A stretch of DNA of 64,000 bases from the NCBI GenBank assembly GCA_031431875.1, contig JANPEF010000026.1:1-64000 (forward strand). Direction: 5' to 3'. Numbering within the stretch: the stretch's first letter is position 1; each line of letters starts with the position of its first letter. Below the pieces are notes generated by a model. It saw only the letters and a program-made list of their open reading frames with translations, did no database searches and was not told the DNA's origin. The DNA comes from Candidatus Eiseniibacteriota bacterium. Lineage in GTDB: Bacteria > Eisenbacteria > RBG-16-71-46 > DASYSL01. A program made the position numbers and the translations under genes. Positions 23,290-36,323 of this stretch are shown here, in pieces.

Positions 23290-24197
23290 CGCTTCAACCC
23301 ATGTCGCGCTGTACCTCCGGTGCCGCTGCGCTGTTTGCGCTCCTCGTCGCATCCGCCCCGGCGCACGCTGCGCTCGACAAGGACACACTCGAGTCGTTCG
23401 GCGGGACGTATCTCGCCGACTGCGCGAATCCCAGAGGCCCGCGCGTCGTGCTCGAGGCCGACGCGATCGTGGTGATCGACGGGGCGAAGCGCGTGAGCTC
23501 GCCGCACATCGAGGGTGCCGCTGCATGGTACGGAAACGATTCCCCGCCGGAGTACCGCACGACCATCCTGGCTCGCAAGGGCGAGGATCCCGGCCTCGTC
23601 TTCGCAATCCATGAAGACTCCGAGGGCTACTACGGGAAGCTCGACAACGATTTCACCGACCTCAAGGGCATCCGCCCCGAGGTGCTCGCGATGACGTTTC
23701 GGCTGTGCAAGGCACCGGCGGCGCCCGCGCCGGCGAGCACGCCCGCTCCGGCGGCAAAGCCCGCGCCCGGCGCGACGGCGACGACCACCAAGGTGACCGC
23801 CATCGGCGCTTCGGCTGCCGTCGCCACGCCCGAGCCCGACTCCTCCGGCGGCGCGGCCGCCATGATGAAGGAGAAGAACTTCCGCACCGCATACTCGAAG
23901 ACGATGGGTCCGCGCATGCGCGAGCGCTGGATCGCGGTCCTCGATGGCCCCGCGCCGCCGAACCGCACGGTGACGCTCGCAGGACAGGAGTTCGTGCAGG
24001 TCGCCGCGTGCAAGGCCCACGACTGCGCGGAGAACAACCTGCTCGTCCTGTGGTCGGCGCCGAAGAAGCGGATGTACGGCCTCGTACGTCAGGCCGGCGT
24101 GAACGCGCTGCTCGGGGCGCCGCCGACGGACCTCACTCCGGAGGTCACGCGCCTGTGGCAGGAGACATGGCGCCCGGAGGCAAAGCCCACGCCATGA
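23286..24197 (+). CDS. Secreted two-domain protein with C-terminal Ivy (lysozyme inhibitor) domain
   Basis: Signal peptide, Pro/Ala linker, GPAPP...ACKAHDCAENNLLVLWS (Ivy CKPHDC-like). Confidence 0.78.
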   Translation: MTLQPMSRCTSGAAALFALLVASAPAHAALDKDTLESFGGTYLADCANPRGPRVVLEADAIVVIDGAKRVSSPHIEGAAAWYGNDSPPEYRTTILARKGEDPGLVFAIHEDSEGYYGKLDNDFTDLKGIRPEVLAMTFRLCKAPAAPAPASTPAPAAKPAPGATATTTKVTAIGASAAVATPEPDSSGGAAAMMKEKNFRTAYSKTMGPRMRERWIAVLDGPAPPNRTVTLAGQEFVQVAACKAHDCAENNLLVLWSAPKKRMYGLVRQAGVNALLGAPPTDLTPEVTRLWQETWRPEAKPTP

Positions 24198-25174
24198 CCC
24201 GGTTCACGACCGCGCGCTGTACCGTCCGCTCCATGACCGAGGGCGACCTCCCTGCGCTGTTCGCCGTCTACGGCGATCCCGAGACCGTTCGCTACGTCGG
24301 TGATCGCGTCCCCCTGTCGCCCGAGCAGTGCGTTCGCTGGCTCGAGGTGACCACGGCGAACTACGCGGCGCGCGGCTACGGCATGTTCGCGATCGTCGCG
24401 CGACCGGAGGACGAGGCGATCGGGTTCTGCGGCATCGTCCATCCGGGTGGACAGCCCACGCCCGAGATCAAGTATGCGTTTCGCCGGGACACTTGGGGAC
24501 GGCGTCTGGCCAGCGAAATCGTCCCTGCGCTCCTCGATCACGGCTTCGGCGCGCTCGGCCTCGAGCGGATCATCGCCACCGTCCATCCGGAGAACACGCC
24601 TTCGGTCCGCGTGCTCGAGTCGTCCGGAATGCGCCTCGAAGGGATCGCGACGCACGAGGACGGTGAACGCACCGCGACCTACGCGCGCGAGCGCCGACCA
24701 TCTTCGCCCGCGCACTCGCATGCCCTGCCCGCGCTGGCTCTCGCATGGGCGCTCATGTCGGCCGCGTCCGGCTGCGGAGGCGACACGACACCGAAGGCCC
24801 CGCCGCACGCCGCCACGCCCGCGCCGGTCGCCGCCGCTTTGAAGGACAGCCTCGTGCACGTCGCCACGCCGGCACCGGGCGACACCGTGAGCAGCCCGCT
24901 CGCCCTCCGCGGCGAAGCCCGCGGGACCTGGTTCTTCGAAGCGTCGTTCCCGGTCCGCCTGCTCGACGCCGACGGCCGCGAGCTCACCGTGACCTATGCG
25001 ACCGCCGGGGGCGAGTGGATGACCACCGAGTTCGTGCCCTTCAGCTCGACCGTGACGTTCGCCTCGCCCGCCGCCGGCTCGGCCGGAACGCTCGTCCTCG
25101 CGAAGGACAACCCATCCGGTGAACCCGAGTTCGACGACGAGCGCCGCATTCCAATCGTGTTCCGGGGACCGTGA
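24194..25174 (+). CDS. RimJ/RimL-type GNAT fused to a lipoprotein-like Gmad2 Ig domain
   Basis: EIKYAFRRDTWGRRLASE, HPENTPSVRVLE; then hydrophobic stretch + ASGC; GEARGTWFFEASFPV...GEWMTTEFVPF...KDNPSG. Confidence 0.72.
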   Translation: MTRFTTARCTVRSMTEGDLPALFAVYGDPETVRYVGDRVPLSPEQCVRWLEVTTANYAARGYGMFAIVARPEDEAIGFCGIVHPGGQPTPEIKYAFRRDTWGRRLASEIVPALLDHGFGALGLERIIATVHPENTPSVRVLESSGMRLEGIATHEDGERTATYARERRPSSPAHSHALPALALAWALMSAASGCGGDTTPKAPPHAATPAPVAAALKDSLVHVATPAPGDTVSSPLALRGEARGTWFFEASFPVRLLDADGRELTVTYATAGGEWMTTEFVPFSSTVTFASPAAGSAGTLVLAKDNPSGEPEFDDERRIPIVFRGP

Positions 25175-25677
25175 GCATGGACCTGCTCGATCGCCTGCTC
25201 GGCCACGACGCATGGACCACGCGCCGCCTGCTCGAGCACTGTCGCGGCCTCGACGATGAGCAGATGGACCGCCAGCACGACCTCGCGCACCGCAGTCTGC
25301 GCGCGACCTTCCTGCACATCATCCGCAACATGGAGGTGTGGAGCGACCTGATGGTGGGCGTGCCCGTGCGCCCGAATCGCAACGCCACGCCCGACGGTCG
25401 ATCGATCGAGGGACTCCTCGCCCGGCTCGATCGGGCCGCCGCCGACCTGGCGAGCGTCGCGTACGACATTCGAGCGCGAAGCGCGTGGGACCACCGCTGG
25501 CTCGACGGCCTTGACGATCCGCCGGCCGAGAAGACCTATGGCGGGGCGATCGCCCACGTGATCACCCACTCGATGCACCACCGCGCCCAGGTGATCCAGC
25601 TGCTGCGGCTGGTCGGGGCGCCCGCGCCGATCGAGGGCGATGTCCTGAGCTGGGAAGCTCGCAACCCCCGCGGCTGA
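25171..25677 (+). CDS. DinB family protein
   Basis: HDAWTT, SLRATFLHI, HVITHSMHHRAQV. Confidence 0.88.
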   Translation: MSMDLLDRLLGHDAWTTRRLLEHCRGLDDEQMDRQHDLAHRSLRATFLHIIRNMEVWSDLMVGVPVRPNRNATPDGRSIEGLLARLDRAAADLASVAYDIRARSAWDHRWLDGLDDPPAEKTYGGAIAHVITHSMHHRAQVIQLLRLVGAPAPIEGDVLSWEARNPRG

Positions 25678-25689
25678 CGCCGTGGGGGC

Positions 25690-26085
25690 TCAGCCCCGCG
25701 CGTCGCGCTTCTTCTCCTCGAGTTCCTGGAGCGTGCGCGGCCAGTCGCCGCGCAGAAACCGCGACAACGAGCGATCGGCCGGCGGGTGGCCCACCATCTG
25801 GCAGGTCGCACAGCAGTTCGTCTCGTTGTGCGCGTCGACGCTGCGCTGCACCAGCGATCCTGAGGAAGAGCCGAACGACGCCGCATCGATCTTCCCCGTT
25901 TTGGCCGGAACCGCACCGGCGGGAGTCCAGCGCAGCCGCCCCACGATCATCAGCTGGAACACGAAATGGAGGCCGTTTTCGAACGTGAAGACGATTCGCT
26001 TGCCCAGGCGCTCGACGGAGACGATCCTCTTTCCCAAGACATCGACCGGCGCAGGCGCGACCGTCCGCAACAGGTCTGGCTGCAG
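25690..26085 (-). pseudogene. Internally deleted Fpg/Nei DNA glycosylase remnant
   Basis: LLRTVAP...RLGKRIVFTFENGLHFVFQLMIVGRLRW joined directly to VQR...NETNCCATCQ...ADRSLSRFLRGDWPRTLQELE; no N-terminal PE motif or H2TH domain; 5' boundary approximate. Confidence 0.7.
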
Positions 26086-26136
26086 CACACGATTCGCGCT
26101 CCGCGCGGCGACCACCAGCGTCGTGTCAAATTCATG

Positions 26137-26162
26137 GCAACCCCCTGCAGCCGAGCGCCGTA
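26137..26162 (+). promoter_or_regulatory. Candidate ECF-sigma promoter for the RND operon
   Basis: GCAAC-17 nt-CGTA about 50 nt before the MFP start. Confidence 0.35.
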
Positions 26163-26214
26163 GGACCCCTTGCCCGGTCCCCTTTCCGCTGTCCGTGTTC
26201 CCCGGAGGTGCCCC

Positions 26215-27303
26215 ATGGATCTCGCTCCCGCTCCCCGCCGCCGCCGCTGGGTGTGGCCCGTCGTCGGCGTCGTGGTGCTTGCCGCCACTGCCGCGGGCCT
26301 GCTCATCGCCCGCAACGGCCAGGCGAACGGCGACAAGAAGAAGGACAAGAAGGACACGGTCGCGGCCGCACCCGTGGAACTGTCGACGGTGGGCAAGGGA
26401 TCGATCTCCACGTTCCTCGAGACGACCACCGTGCTCGAGCCCGAGAACACCGCGACGCTCGTCGCCCGCCGCCAGGGGCAGGTCGTCGCGCTGCTCGCGG
26501 AGGAGGGCCGGAGCGTCGCGAAGGGTCAGGTGCTCGCCCGCCTCGAGGACACCGAGGCGCGCATCGCACTGGAGCGCTCGAAAGTCGCGCTCGAGCAGGC
26601 GCAGAGCGAGGCCACGCGCGGCCAGGCCCTGCAGGAGCGCGGCGTGCAAGCCCAGGCGACGCTTGACGGCCTGATCTTCAAGCTGCGCACCGCGAAGGAA
26701 AACGTCGCCCAGGCCGAGTACGACCTGAGGCAGACGCGCATCGTCGCCCCGTTTGCGGGCAAGGTGACGGCCCGCATGATCCAGCTCGGCGAGACGGTGA
26801 CACCGGGCAAGGAGTGCTTCCGGGTCGACGACTTCTCGCCGCTGCTCGCCCGCGTCTATTTTCCCGAGCGCGAGCAGAACCGCGTGCACGTCGGCCAGGG
26901 CGCGGTGCTCGAACTCGACGCCCAGCCCGGCCGGTCGTTCTCCGCAAAGGTGACGATCGTCAACCCGACCGTCGACCGCAGCAATGGCACGTTCAAGGTC
27001 ACGCTCGAAGTGACCGACCCCGACGCCGTCCTGCGCCCGGGCAGCTTTGCGCGCGTGCGCCTCGAGTCCGCATCGTACGCCGACGTCGTCGTGCTGCCGC
27101 GCAAGGCTGTCGTCACGGAGGACGGCGACTCGTACGTGTTCGTCGCTCAGGGCGATTCGGTCAATCGAGTCGCGGTGCAGATCGGCGCGATCGCCGGCGA
27201 CACCGCGCAGATCCTCGCCGGACTGTTGCCCGGCACGAAGGTGGTGACGGTCGGCCAGGGCGGGCTCAAGCAGGGCGCCCGCATCAAGCCGGTCGCATTC
27301 TAG
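26215..27303 (+). CDS. RND efflux membrane-fusion (periplasmic adaptor) protein
   Basis: N-terminal TM, EEGRSVAKGQVLARL, IVAPFAGKV, LRPGSFARV. Confidence 0.93.
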   Translation: MDLAPAPRRRRWVWPVVGVVVLAATAAGLLIARNGQANGDKKKDKKDTVAAAPVELSTVGKGSISTFLETTTVLEPENTATLVARRQGQVVALLAEEGRSVAKGQVLARLEDTEARIALERSKVALEQAQSEATRGQALQERGVQAQATLDGLIFKLRTAKENVAQAEYDLRQTRIVAPFAGKVTARMIQLGETVTPGKECFRVDDFSPLLARVYFPEREQNRVHVGQGAVLELDAQPGRSFSAKVTIVNPTVDRSNGTFKVTLEVTDPDAVLRPGSFARVRLESASYADVVVLPRKAVVTEDGDSYVFVAQGDSVNRVAVQIGAIAGDTAQILAGLLPGTKVVTVGQGGLKQGARIKPVAF

Positions 27304-27319
27304 GCGCGACGGGGACCCC

Positions 27320-30300
27320 ATGCGCCTGATCGACGGATCCCTCAAGCGGCCCGTGACGGTCTCGATGGCGACCGTCGCCGCGGTGATGTTCGGCCTCGTC
27401 GCGCTGACGCGCCTCGGCGTCGAACTGCTGCCCAACATCTCGTATCCCTCCCTCACGGTTCGCACCGACCTGCCCGACGCCGCCCCAGGAGACGTCGAGC
27501 AGTTCGTCACGCGCCCGGTCGAGGAAGGCGTCGGTGTCGTGCCCGGGCTGGTGCGCATGCACTCGGTGTCGCGGCCTGGCCAGTCGGAGGTCACGCTCGA
27601 GTTCGCTTCGAACACGCGCATGGATCTCGCCGCGCTGTCCGTCCGCGAGAAGCTCGACCTGGTCACCTTGCCGCGCGAGGCGAAGCGCTCGGCGATCCTC
27701 CGCTTCGATCCGTCGCTCGACCCCATCGTCCGCGTCCGCCTGTCGGGCAGCGACAACCTGCAGCGGCTGCGCCGCATCGCTGATCGCACCGTGAAGAGCG
27801 ACCTCGAGGGCGTGCCCGGCGTCGCTGCGGTTCGCGTCGCCGGCGGCGAGGAAGAGGAGATCCAGGTCGAGATCGACGCCGGCCGCCTGTCGGCCGTGGG
27901 CCTGACGCTGACCGACGTCACGCGCCGGCTCTCCGAGGAGAACGTGAACGTCGCCGGCGGCTCGCTCACCGAGGGCCAGGCCGAGTACCTGGTGCGCGCC
28001 ACGAACCAGTTCCTCTCCCCCGAGGAGATCGGCGGCGTGATTCTCTCGTCGCGCCCGGACGGCGTGATCCGCATCTCGGACGTGGGGCGCGTGTTCCGCG
28101 GCCCGAAGGATCGCGACGTGATCGCCCGCGTCGGCGCCACCGAGGCAGTCGAGATCGCGATCTACAAGGAGGGCGACGCGAACACCGTCGCCGTCGCCAG
28201 GACCGTCAAGCAGAAGCTGGCCGACATCGCACTGCCCGCGGACATGAAGCTCACGACGGTCGCCGACCAGTCGCGCTTCATCCAGGGCGCCATCGATGAC
28301 GTGACCAGCGCCGCGCTGGTCGGCGGCCTGCTCGCCGTCTTCGTGCTCTTCGCCTTCCTGCGCGACGTGCGTTCGACGATCACCATCGCGATCTCGATCC
28401 CCATCTCGGTGCTGGTCACCTTCATCATCATGTACCGCTTCAATTTGTCGCTGAACCTCATGTCGCTCGGCGGCCTGGCACTCGGCATCGGCACCCTGAT
28501 CGACAACTCGATCGTCGTGCTGGAGACGATCTTCCGCCGACGCGAAGCGGGGGACTCCCCGTTCGAGGCGGCCTCGCGGGGCGCCGGCTCGGTCGCCATG
28601 GCCGTCACGGCTTCGACCCTGACGACGGTTGCCGTGTTCTTCCCGCTCGTGTTCGTCGAGGGCCTTGCCGGGCAGCTGATCCGCGACCAGGCGCTGACGA
28701 TCTCGCTGTCGAACATCGCTGCGCTCATCGTCGCGCTCACCATCGTGCCGATGCTGACCGTGCTCGGCGCTCACGCCGCGGCGCCGGTCGCCCCCGAGGT
28801 CCCGGGCGGCTCGCCGCGCAGCCGGTGCTGGGGCGGTCGCCTCGCCCGCGCCGCGGTCCTCCTGCCGCGACTCGTGACGCGCGGCGCCGCGGCGCTCGGG
28901 CGCTTCCTCATGCCGTGGATCGATCGCCTGCTCAGGCCGTTCGACCGCTCGATCGCGGCGCTGTCGAACAACTACCCGGCCATCGCCCGCTGGGCGCTCA
29001 AGCACCCCGGGATGGTGCTGACCTGGTCGGCCGTGGTCTTTGCGGCCTCCATCGGTACGGCGATGCTGCTGCCGGTCGACCTGTTCCCGTCACCGCCGCA
29101 GGGCGAGTTCACGCTCGACGTGCGGTTGCCGGAGGGCTCCGCGCTGCATGTCACCGATGGCGTCCTCGCGGCACTCGCCAGGACGGCCGAGGGCGATCCC
29201 CGCGTGAAGTTCGCCTACACCAGCGCCGGCCAGCGCGACCTGACCGCGTTCTCCGGCTCCGCGCTCGAAGCCAACCGCGGCCAGGTCACCGTCGTGCTCA
29301 AGGACCCCAACGACTCGCGCGCCGAAGAGGCGATCTCGGCCCGACTGCGCACGTCGCTCGAGGGGATGCCCGGCGTCGCCTACACGGTCGAGCGTCCGGC
29401 GCTGCTCAAGTTCAAGAGCCCGGTCGAGGTCGAGGTCTACGCCTACGACCTCGACACGTTGCGCACGCTCACCGACCAGGTCGCGCTCGCGATCAGCGAC
29501 GTCCGCGGGCTGGTCGACGTCGAGGGTTCGCTGCGCCCCGGCGACCCCGAGGTGCAGATCGCGTTCGATCGGGACCGGCTGGCCGCGATGAACCTCGACC
29601 CGGCGTCGGCCTCGCGCCTGGTGCGCAACGCCGTGCAGGGCGAGGCGGCGACGCAGTTCAGCGACCTCGACCGCAAGCTCGACATCCGCGTCCGCGCCAC
29701 CGAGGCCGAGCGCTCGCGCGTCGTGCAGCTGGCCGACCTCGAGGTGGGCCGCAACGACGGCTCGACGGTGCGCCTGGGTTCGGTTGCCGACGTGAGAGTC
29801 GAGCGGGGTCCCAGCGAGATCCGCCGCATTGGCCAGCAGCGCGCTGCCATCGTCTCGGCGAACCTGCAGAATCGCGACCTGGGCTCGGCCTCGCGCGACA
29901 TCGAGGCACGACTCTCGGCCATGAAGCTGCCGTCGGGCACGCGGGCGACGCTTGCCGGCCAGCGCCTGGAGATGGCCGAGTCGATGGGCTCGCTGCAGTT
30001 CGCCCTGATCCTCGCCGTGTTCCTCGTCTACCTGGTGATGGCCAGCCAATTCGAGTCGCTCAAGCACCCGTTCGTGATCATGTTCTCGATCCCGCTCGCG
30101 GTCGTGGGCGTGATTCTGTCCCTGGTGACCACGGGCACGTCGATCAGCATCATGGTGCTGATCGGGCTGGTGATCCTTGCCGGAATCGTGGTCAACAACG
30201 CGATCGTTCTGGTCGACTGCGTGAACCAGCTGCGGCGCGAAGGCATGCCGCGGCTCGAGGCGCTGGTCGAGGCTGGCAGCGTGCGCATGCGCCCGATCCT

Positions 30301-30489
30301 CATGACCACGCTGTCGTCGGTGCTCGGACTGGTTCCGCTCGCGATCGGCATCGGCGAAGGCGCCGAGGTGCGCACCCCGCTGGCCATCACGCTGATCGGC
30401 GGGCTCGTCGTCTCGACGGTGCTCACGCTGGTCGTCATCCCCGTCGTCTACGCCGTCGTCGATCGCGGCGAGAAGCTCGCGCCGACGTC

Positions 30490-30493
<4 letters not shown>
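27320..30493 (+). CDS. RND permease (AcrB/AcrD/AcrF family), copy 1
   Basis: 1057 aa; LNLMSLGGLALGIGTLIDNSIVVLE, RMRPILMTT. Confidence 0.95.
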
Positions 30494-33596
<3,103 letters not shown>

Positions 33597-33600
<4 letters not shown>

Positions 33601-34295
33601 GGCTGGCCCTGCCCGCCCCAGTACCAGCGCGGCCCGAACGACACGGCCAGCCCGTCGAAGTCGGCGTCGAAGCGGATCAAACCCGACGGATCATCGCTCA
33701 CGATGATGTCGTCCGCCCCCGCCTGCCGCGTCAGGCCGCGCACGAAGAAACCGAAGTTCTCGCCGAAGCGCGCCTCCCCCTCTGCGCCGACATGCCAGCC
33801 GAAGCCGGTCTTCTTGCCCTCGGCGACGGTCCCGTCCGGAAACGTCTGCGACAGCCGGATGCCGAACACCGGGCCGCCGCCGGCGAATAACGTCAGCCCC
33901 GCGGGCCCGACCTGCACCGGATGCACGAACGCGTCGACGAACAGCATCGTCCCGGCCAGCCCGAACTCCGATCCCACACCGCCCGGATCCGTGCTGGTGC
34001 GGCCGTCGAGCCGGGCCAGCTCCGCGCCGAGCGAGACGGCATGACGGATCCTGCGACGGTACTGGATGCCATACTCGAATCCGTTCTCGATCGGGTCGAC
34101 GCCGATCCCGATGAGCGCATCGTTGAAGTCCGTGTTGTCGTACCAGCCCACGCCGAACAGCATGCCGACCGACGACTCCCCGCGGCGGCCGTAGACCGGC
34201 GCGTAGGGGTCGACCGCGGCGGCCGGGGTCGCCGCCGACGCGGTGCCGGGAACGCACGGCAGCGCCGCGAGCAGGGCCAGGGCGACCCGGGCCAC
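33597..34295 (-). CDS. Outer-membrane beta-barrel hypothetical protein
   Basis: Signal-like stretch, alternating strands, C-terminal SFGPRWYW; start uncertain (ORF is open to 34451). Confidence 0.6.
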
Positions 34296-34864
34296 GATGC
34301 CCGGGCGAGAGAGTCGAGAGCACGGTTCGACGGTGCGCGGCAAGGAGCCCTCCCGGGGTCGAGCGATGCAGTCACGATGGAGCGGATCGCGGGCGGAGCG
34401 GGCTCGCGCACCGGCTTGTGAGATTTCCGGGCGCTGCGCGCGCACGGGCATCGATCCAGCGTAGCCGACCCGGGGCGCATGTCAACGTGCGAGCGGGCCC
34501 GGCGGACCCCGGACCTCCCCGGAGGCTCGCCCTCGAATCGACGATCTGCCAACAGTTTGCGATCCTGCACCCCGCGCGGCTCGGCACCGCTTCGAACCAC
34601 GCGCTCCACGCCAGAAATCATCGAATTTCAACGTGTCCATTACACCGCAAATCGGCGGCACAAGGCCCGGGGCGCAGGTGGTCCCCCAATCGGTCCTGGC
34701 TGCCATGCGACGAACTCCTCGCCGCACGCTGCTGATGGACCGTATCCTGGCCTTGCCCGGCGCGGCCTCCGTCGCCCACCCGCCGGGCCGACCGGCGCGC
34801 GCCCGCGCGCCGTGCGGGCCATCGCGATCGGGTCGAAATAAATGCAGGAACGGCGCACTTTTCC

Positions 34865-34893
34865 TTGCGCACCTCGGGAGCCGCGCCCAAGAT
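34865..34893 (+). promoter_or_regulatory. Candidate sigma70 promoter for HU
   Basis: TTGCGC-17 nt-CAAGAT with A-rich upstream tract (AAATAAAT). Confidence 0.45.
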
Positions 34894-35045
34894 GCGCTCG
34901 TCCGGAATGACGGATCAACCGATCGGCGGCCCGCAGGTCGCATCGGTTCACACAGGACGTGTCCCCTTTCGGCAACACGGCGGACCGGACCCGCCCCCGC
35001 AAGGTGGACGTCATGGGGCCCCCTGGCCCTCAAGGGAGAATCTGA

Positions 35046-35345
35046 ATGGCCGCAAAGTCGACTGCCCGACCGATGTCGAAGGCGCAGATCTGCACGCACA
35101 TCGCGACCAAGTTCGAGATGACGAAGAAGAACAGCGCGGCGATCCTCGAAGAGATCGCGAAGCTCGCGTATCGCGAGGCCAAGAAGGGCTTCACCCTCCC
35201 GGGCATCGGCAAGCTCGTGATCGTGAAGCGCAAGGAGCGCATGGGCCGCAACCCGCAGACGGGCGAGCCCATCAAGATCCCGGCCCGCACCGTGCTCAAG
35301 TTCCGCATCGCGAAGGCCGCCAAGGTCGCCGTCGGCACGAAGTAG
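35046..35345 (+). CDS. hup: HU family DNA-binding protein
   Basis: [26 protein letters not shown]. Confidence 0.93.
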   Translation: MAAKSTARPMSKAQICTHIATKFEMTKKNSAAILEEIAKLAYREAKKGFTLPGIGKLVIVKRKERMGRNPQTGEPIKIPARTVLKFRIAKAAKVAVGTK

Positions 35346-35374
35346 TCGCCGCCACGACGATTCGGTCGTATGCG

Positions 35375-35406
35375 AAGGCCCGCTCTTTCGAGAGCGGGCC
35401 TTTCGT
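35375..35406 (+). terminator. Intrinsic terminator after HU
   Basis: AAGGCCCGCTCT-TTCG-AGAGCGGGCCTT, short T tract. Confidence 0.75.
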
Positions 35407-35420
35407 GTACCCTGTCGCCC

Positions 35421-36323
35421 ATGTCGCCCCGCCGCGCCTACGCGCTGTTCGCTCTGGTCTGCCTGCTGTTCAGCACCACCTGGCTCGCCATCCGGATCGG
35501 GGCGCACGACCTGCCCCCGATCGGCGCAGCGGGCCTGCGCTTTCTCATCGCGTTCCCGATCCTGCTCGCGATTGTCCGCTGGAGGCGACTGCCATGGCCG
35601 CGCACGCCCGCGGAGTGGGCGCTGCCGGTCCAGCTGGGATTCACCATGTTCGCGATCCCGTTTGCCCTCATCTATTACGCTGAACAGACCGTGCCGTCGG
35701 GGCTCTCCGCGGTCCTCTTCGCCGCGCAGGCGATCTTCGTCGCGTTGCTCGCCCACTTCGTCCTGCACGACGAGCCGCTCACCGCCGGGCGCGTGCTCGG
35801 CATCGGGATCGGCCTCGTGGGCCTCGTCCTGGTGTTCCAGGATCGACTGCGCGGTGAGCGCTCGTGGCTGGGAGAGTCGGCGCTGATCCTCACGGCGGCG
35901 ATCCAGTCCACTTCGTCGATCGCGATCCGCCGCGCGCAGGGGCGCGTGCACGCAGTCGTCATGTCGTGCATCGGCGCGGGCATCGCCGCAGCCGTCCTGC
36001 TTGCCGCCTCGGCCGCGCTCGGCGAACCGCTGTTCGCACGCATGACACCGACCGCCGCGGCGACGATCGTCTACCTCGCGGTGTTCGGCTCGGTGATTGC
36101 ATTCACGCTCATGATCCGGGGCATCGAGGTGCTGGGAGCCAACCGCATGACGATGATCGTCTACATCGCGCCGGTCGCCGCGCTTCTGTGGGGCCACCTG
36201 GTGCTCGGCGAGGCGCTGAGTCGCAGCCTCTGGCTCGGCGTCGCCTGCATCGTGAGCGGAGTGTGGCTGTCGAGCCGGGCGCCCGCGCCGTCCGTCGCGT
36301 CGCCCGCGAGCGGAGGGAGCTGA
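35421..36323 (+). CDS. EamA/DMT family transporter
   Basis: About 10 TM segments; AGLRFLIA, AEQTVPSGLSAV, YLAVFGSVIAF. Confidence 0.9.
   Translation: MSPRRAYALFALVCLLFSTTWLAIRIGAHDLPPIGAAGLRFLIAFPILLAIVRWRRLPWPRTPAEWALPVQLGFTMFAIPFALIYYAEQTVPSGLSAVLFAAQAIFVALLAHFVLHDEPLTAGRVLGIGIGLVGLVLVFQDRLRGERSWLGESALILTAAIQSTSSIAIRRAQGRVHAVVMSCIGAGIAAAVLLAASAALGEPLFARMTPTAAATIVYLAVFGSVIAFTLMIRGIEVLGANRMTMIVYIAPVAALLWGHLVLGEALSRSLWLGVACIVSGVWLSSRAPAPSVASPASGGS

Noticed and set aside
26135..26149. TGGCAACCCCCTGCA as a sigma54 promoter
   Set aside because: GG-to-GC spacing is 9, not 10; it fits an ECF -35 better
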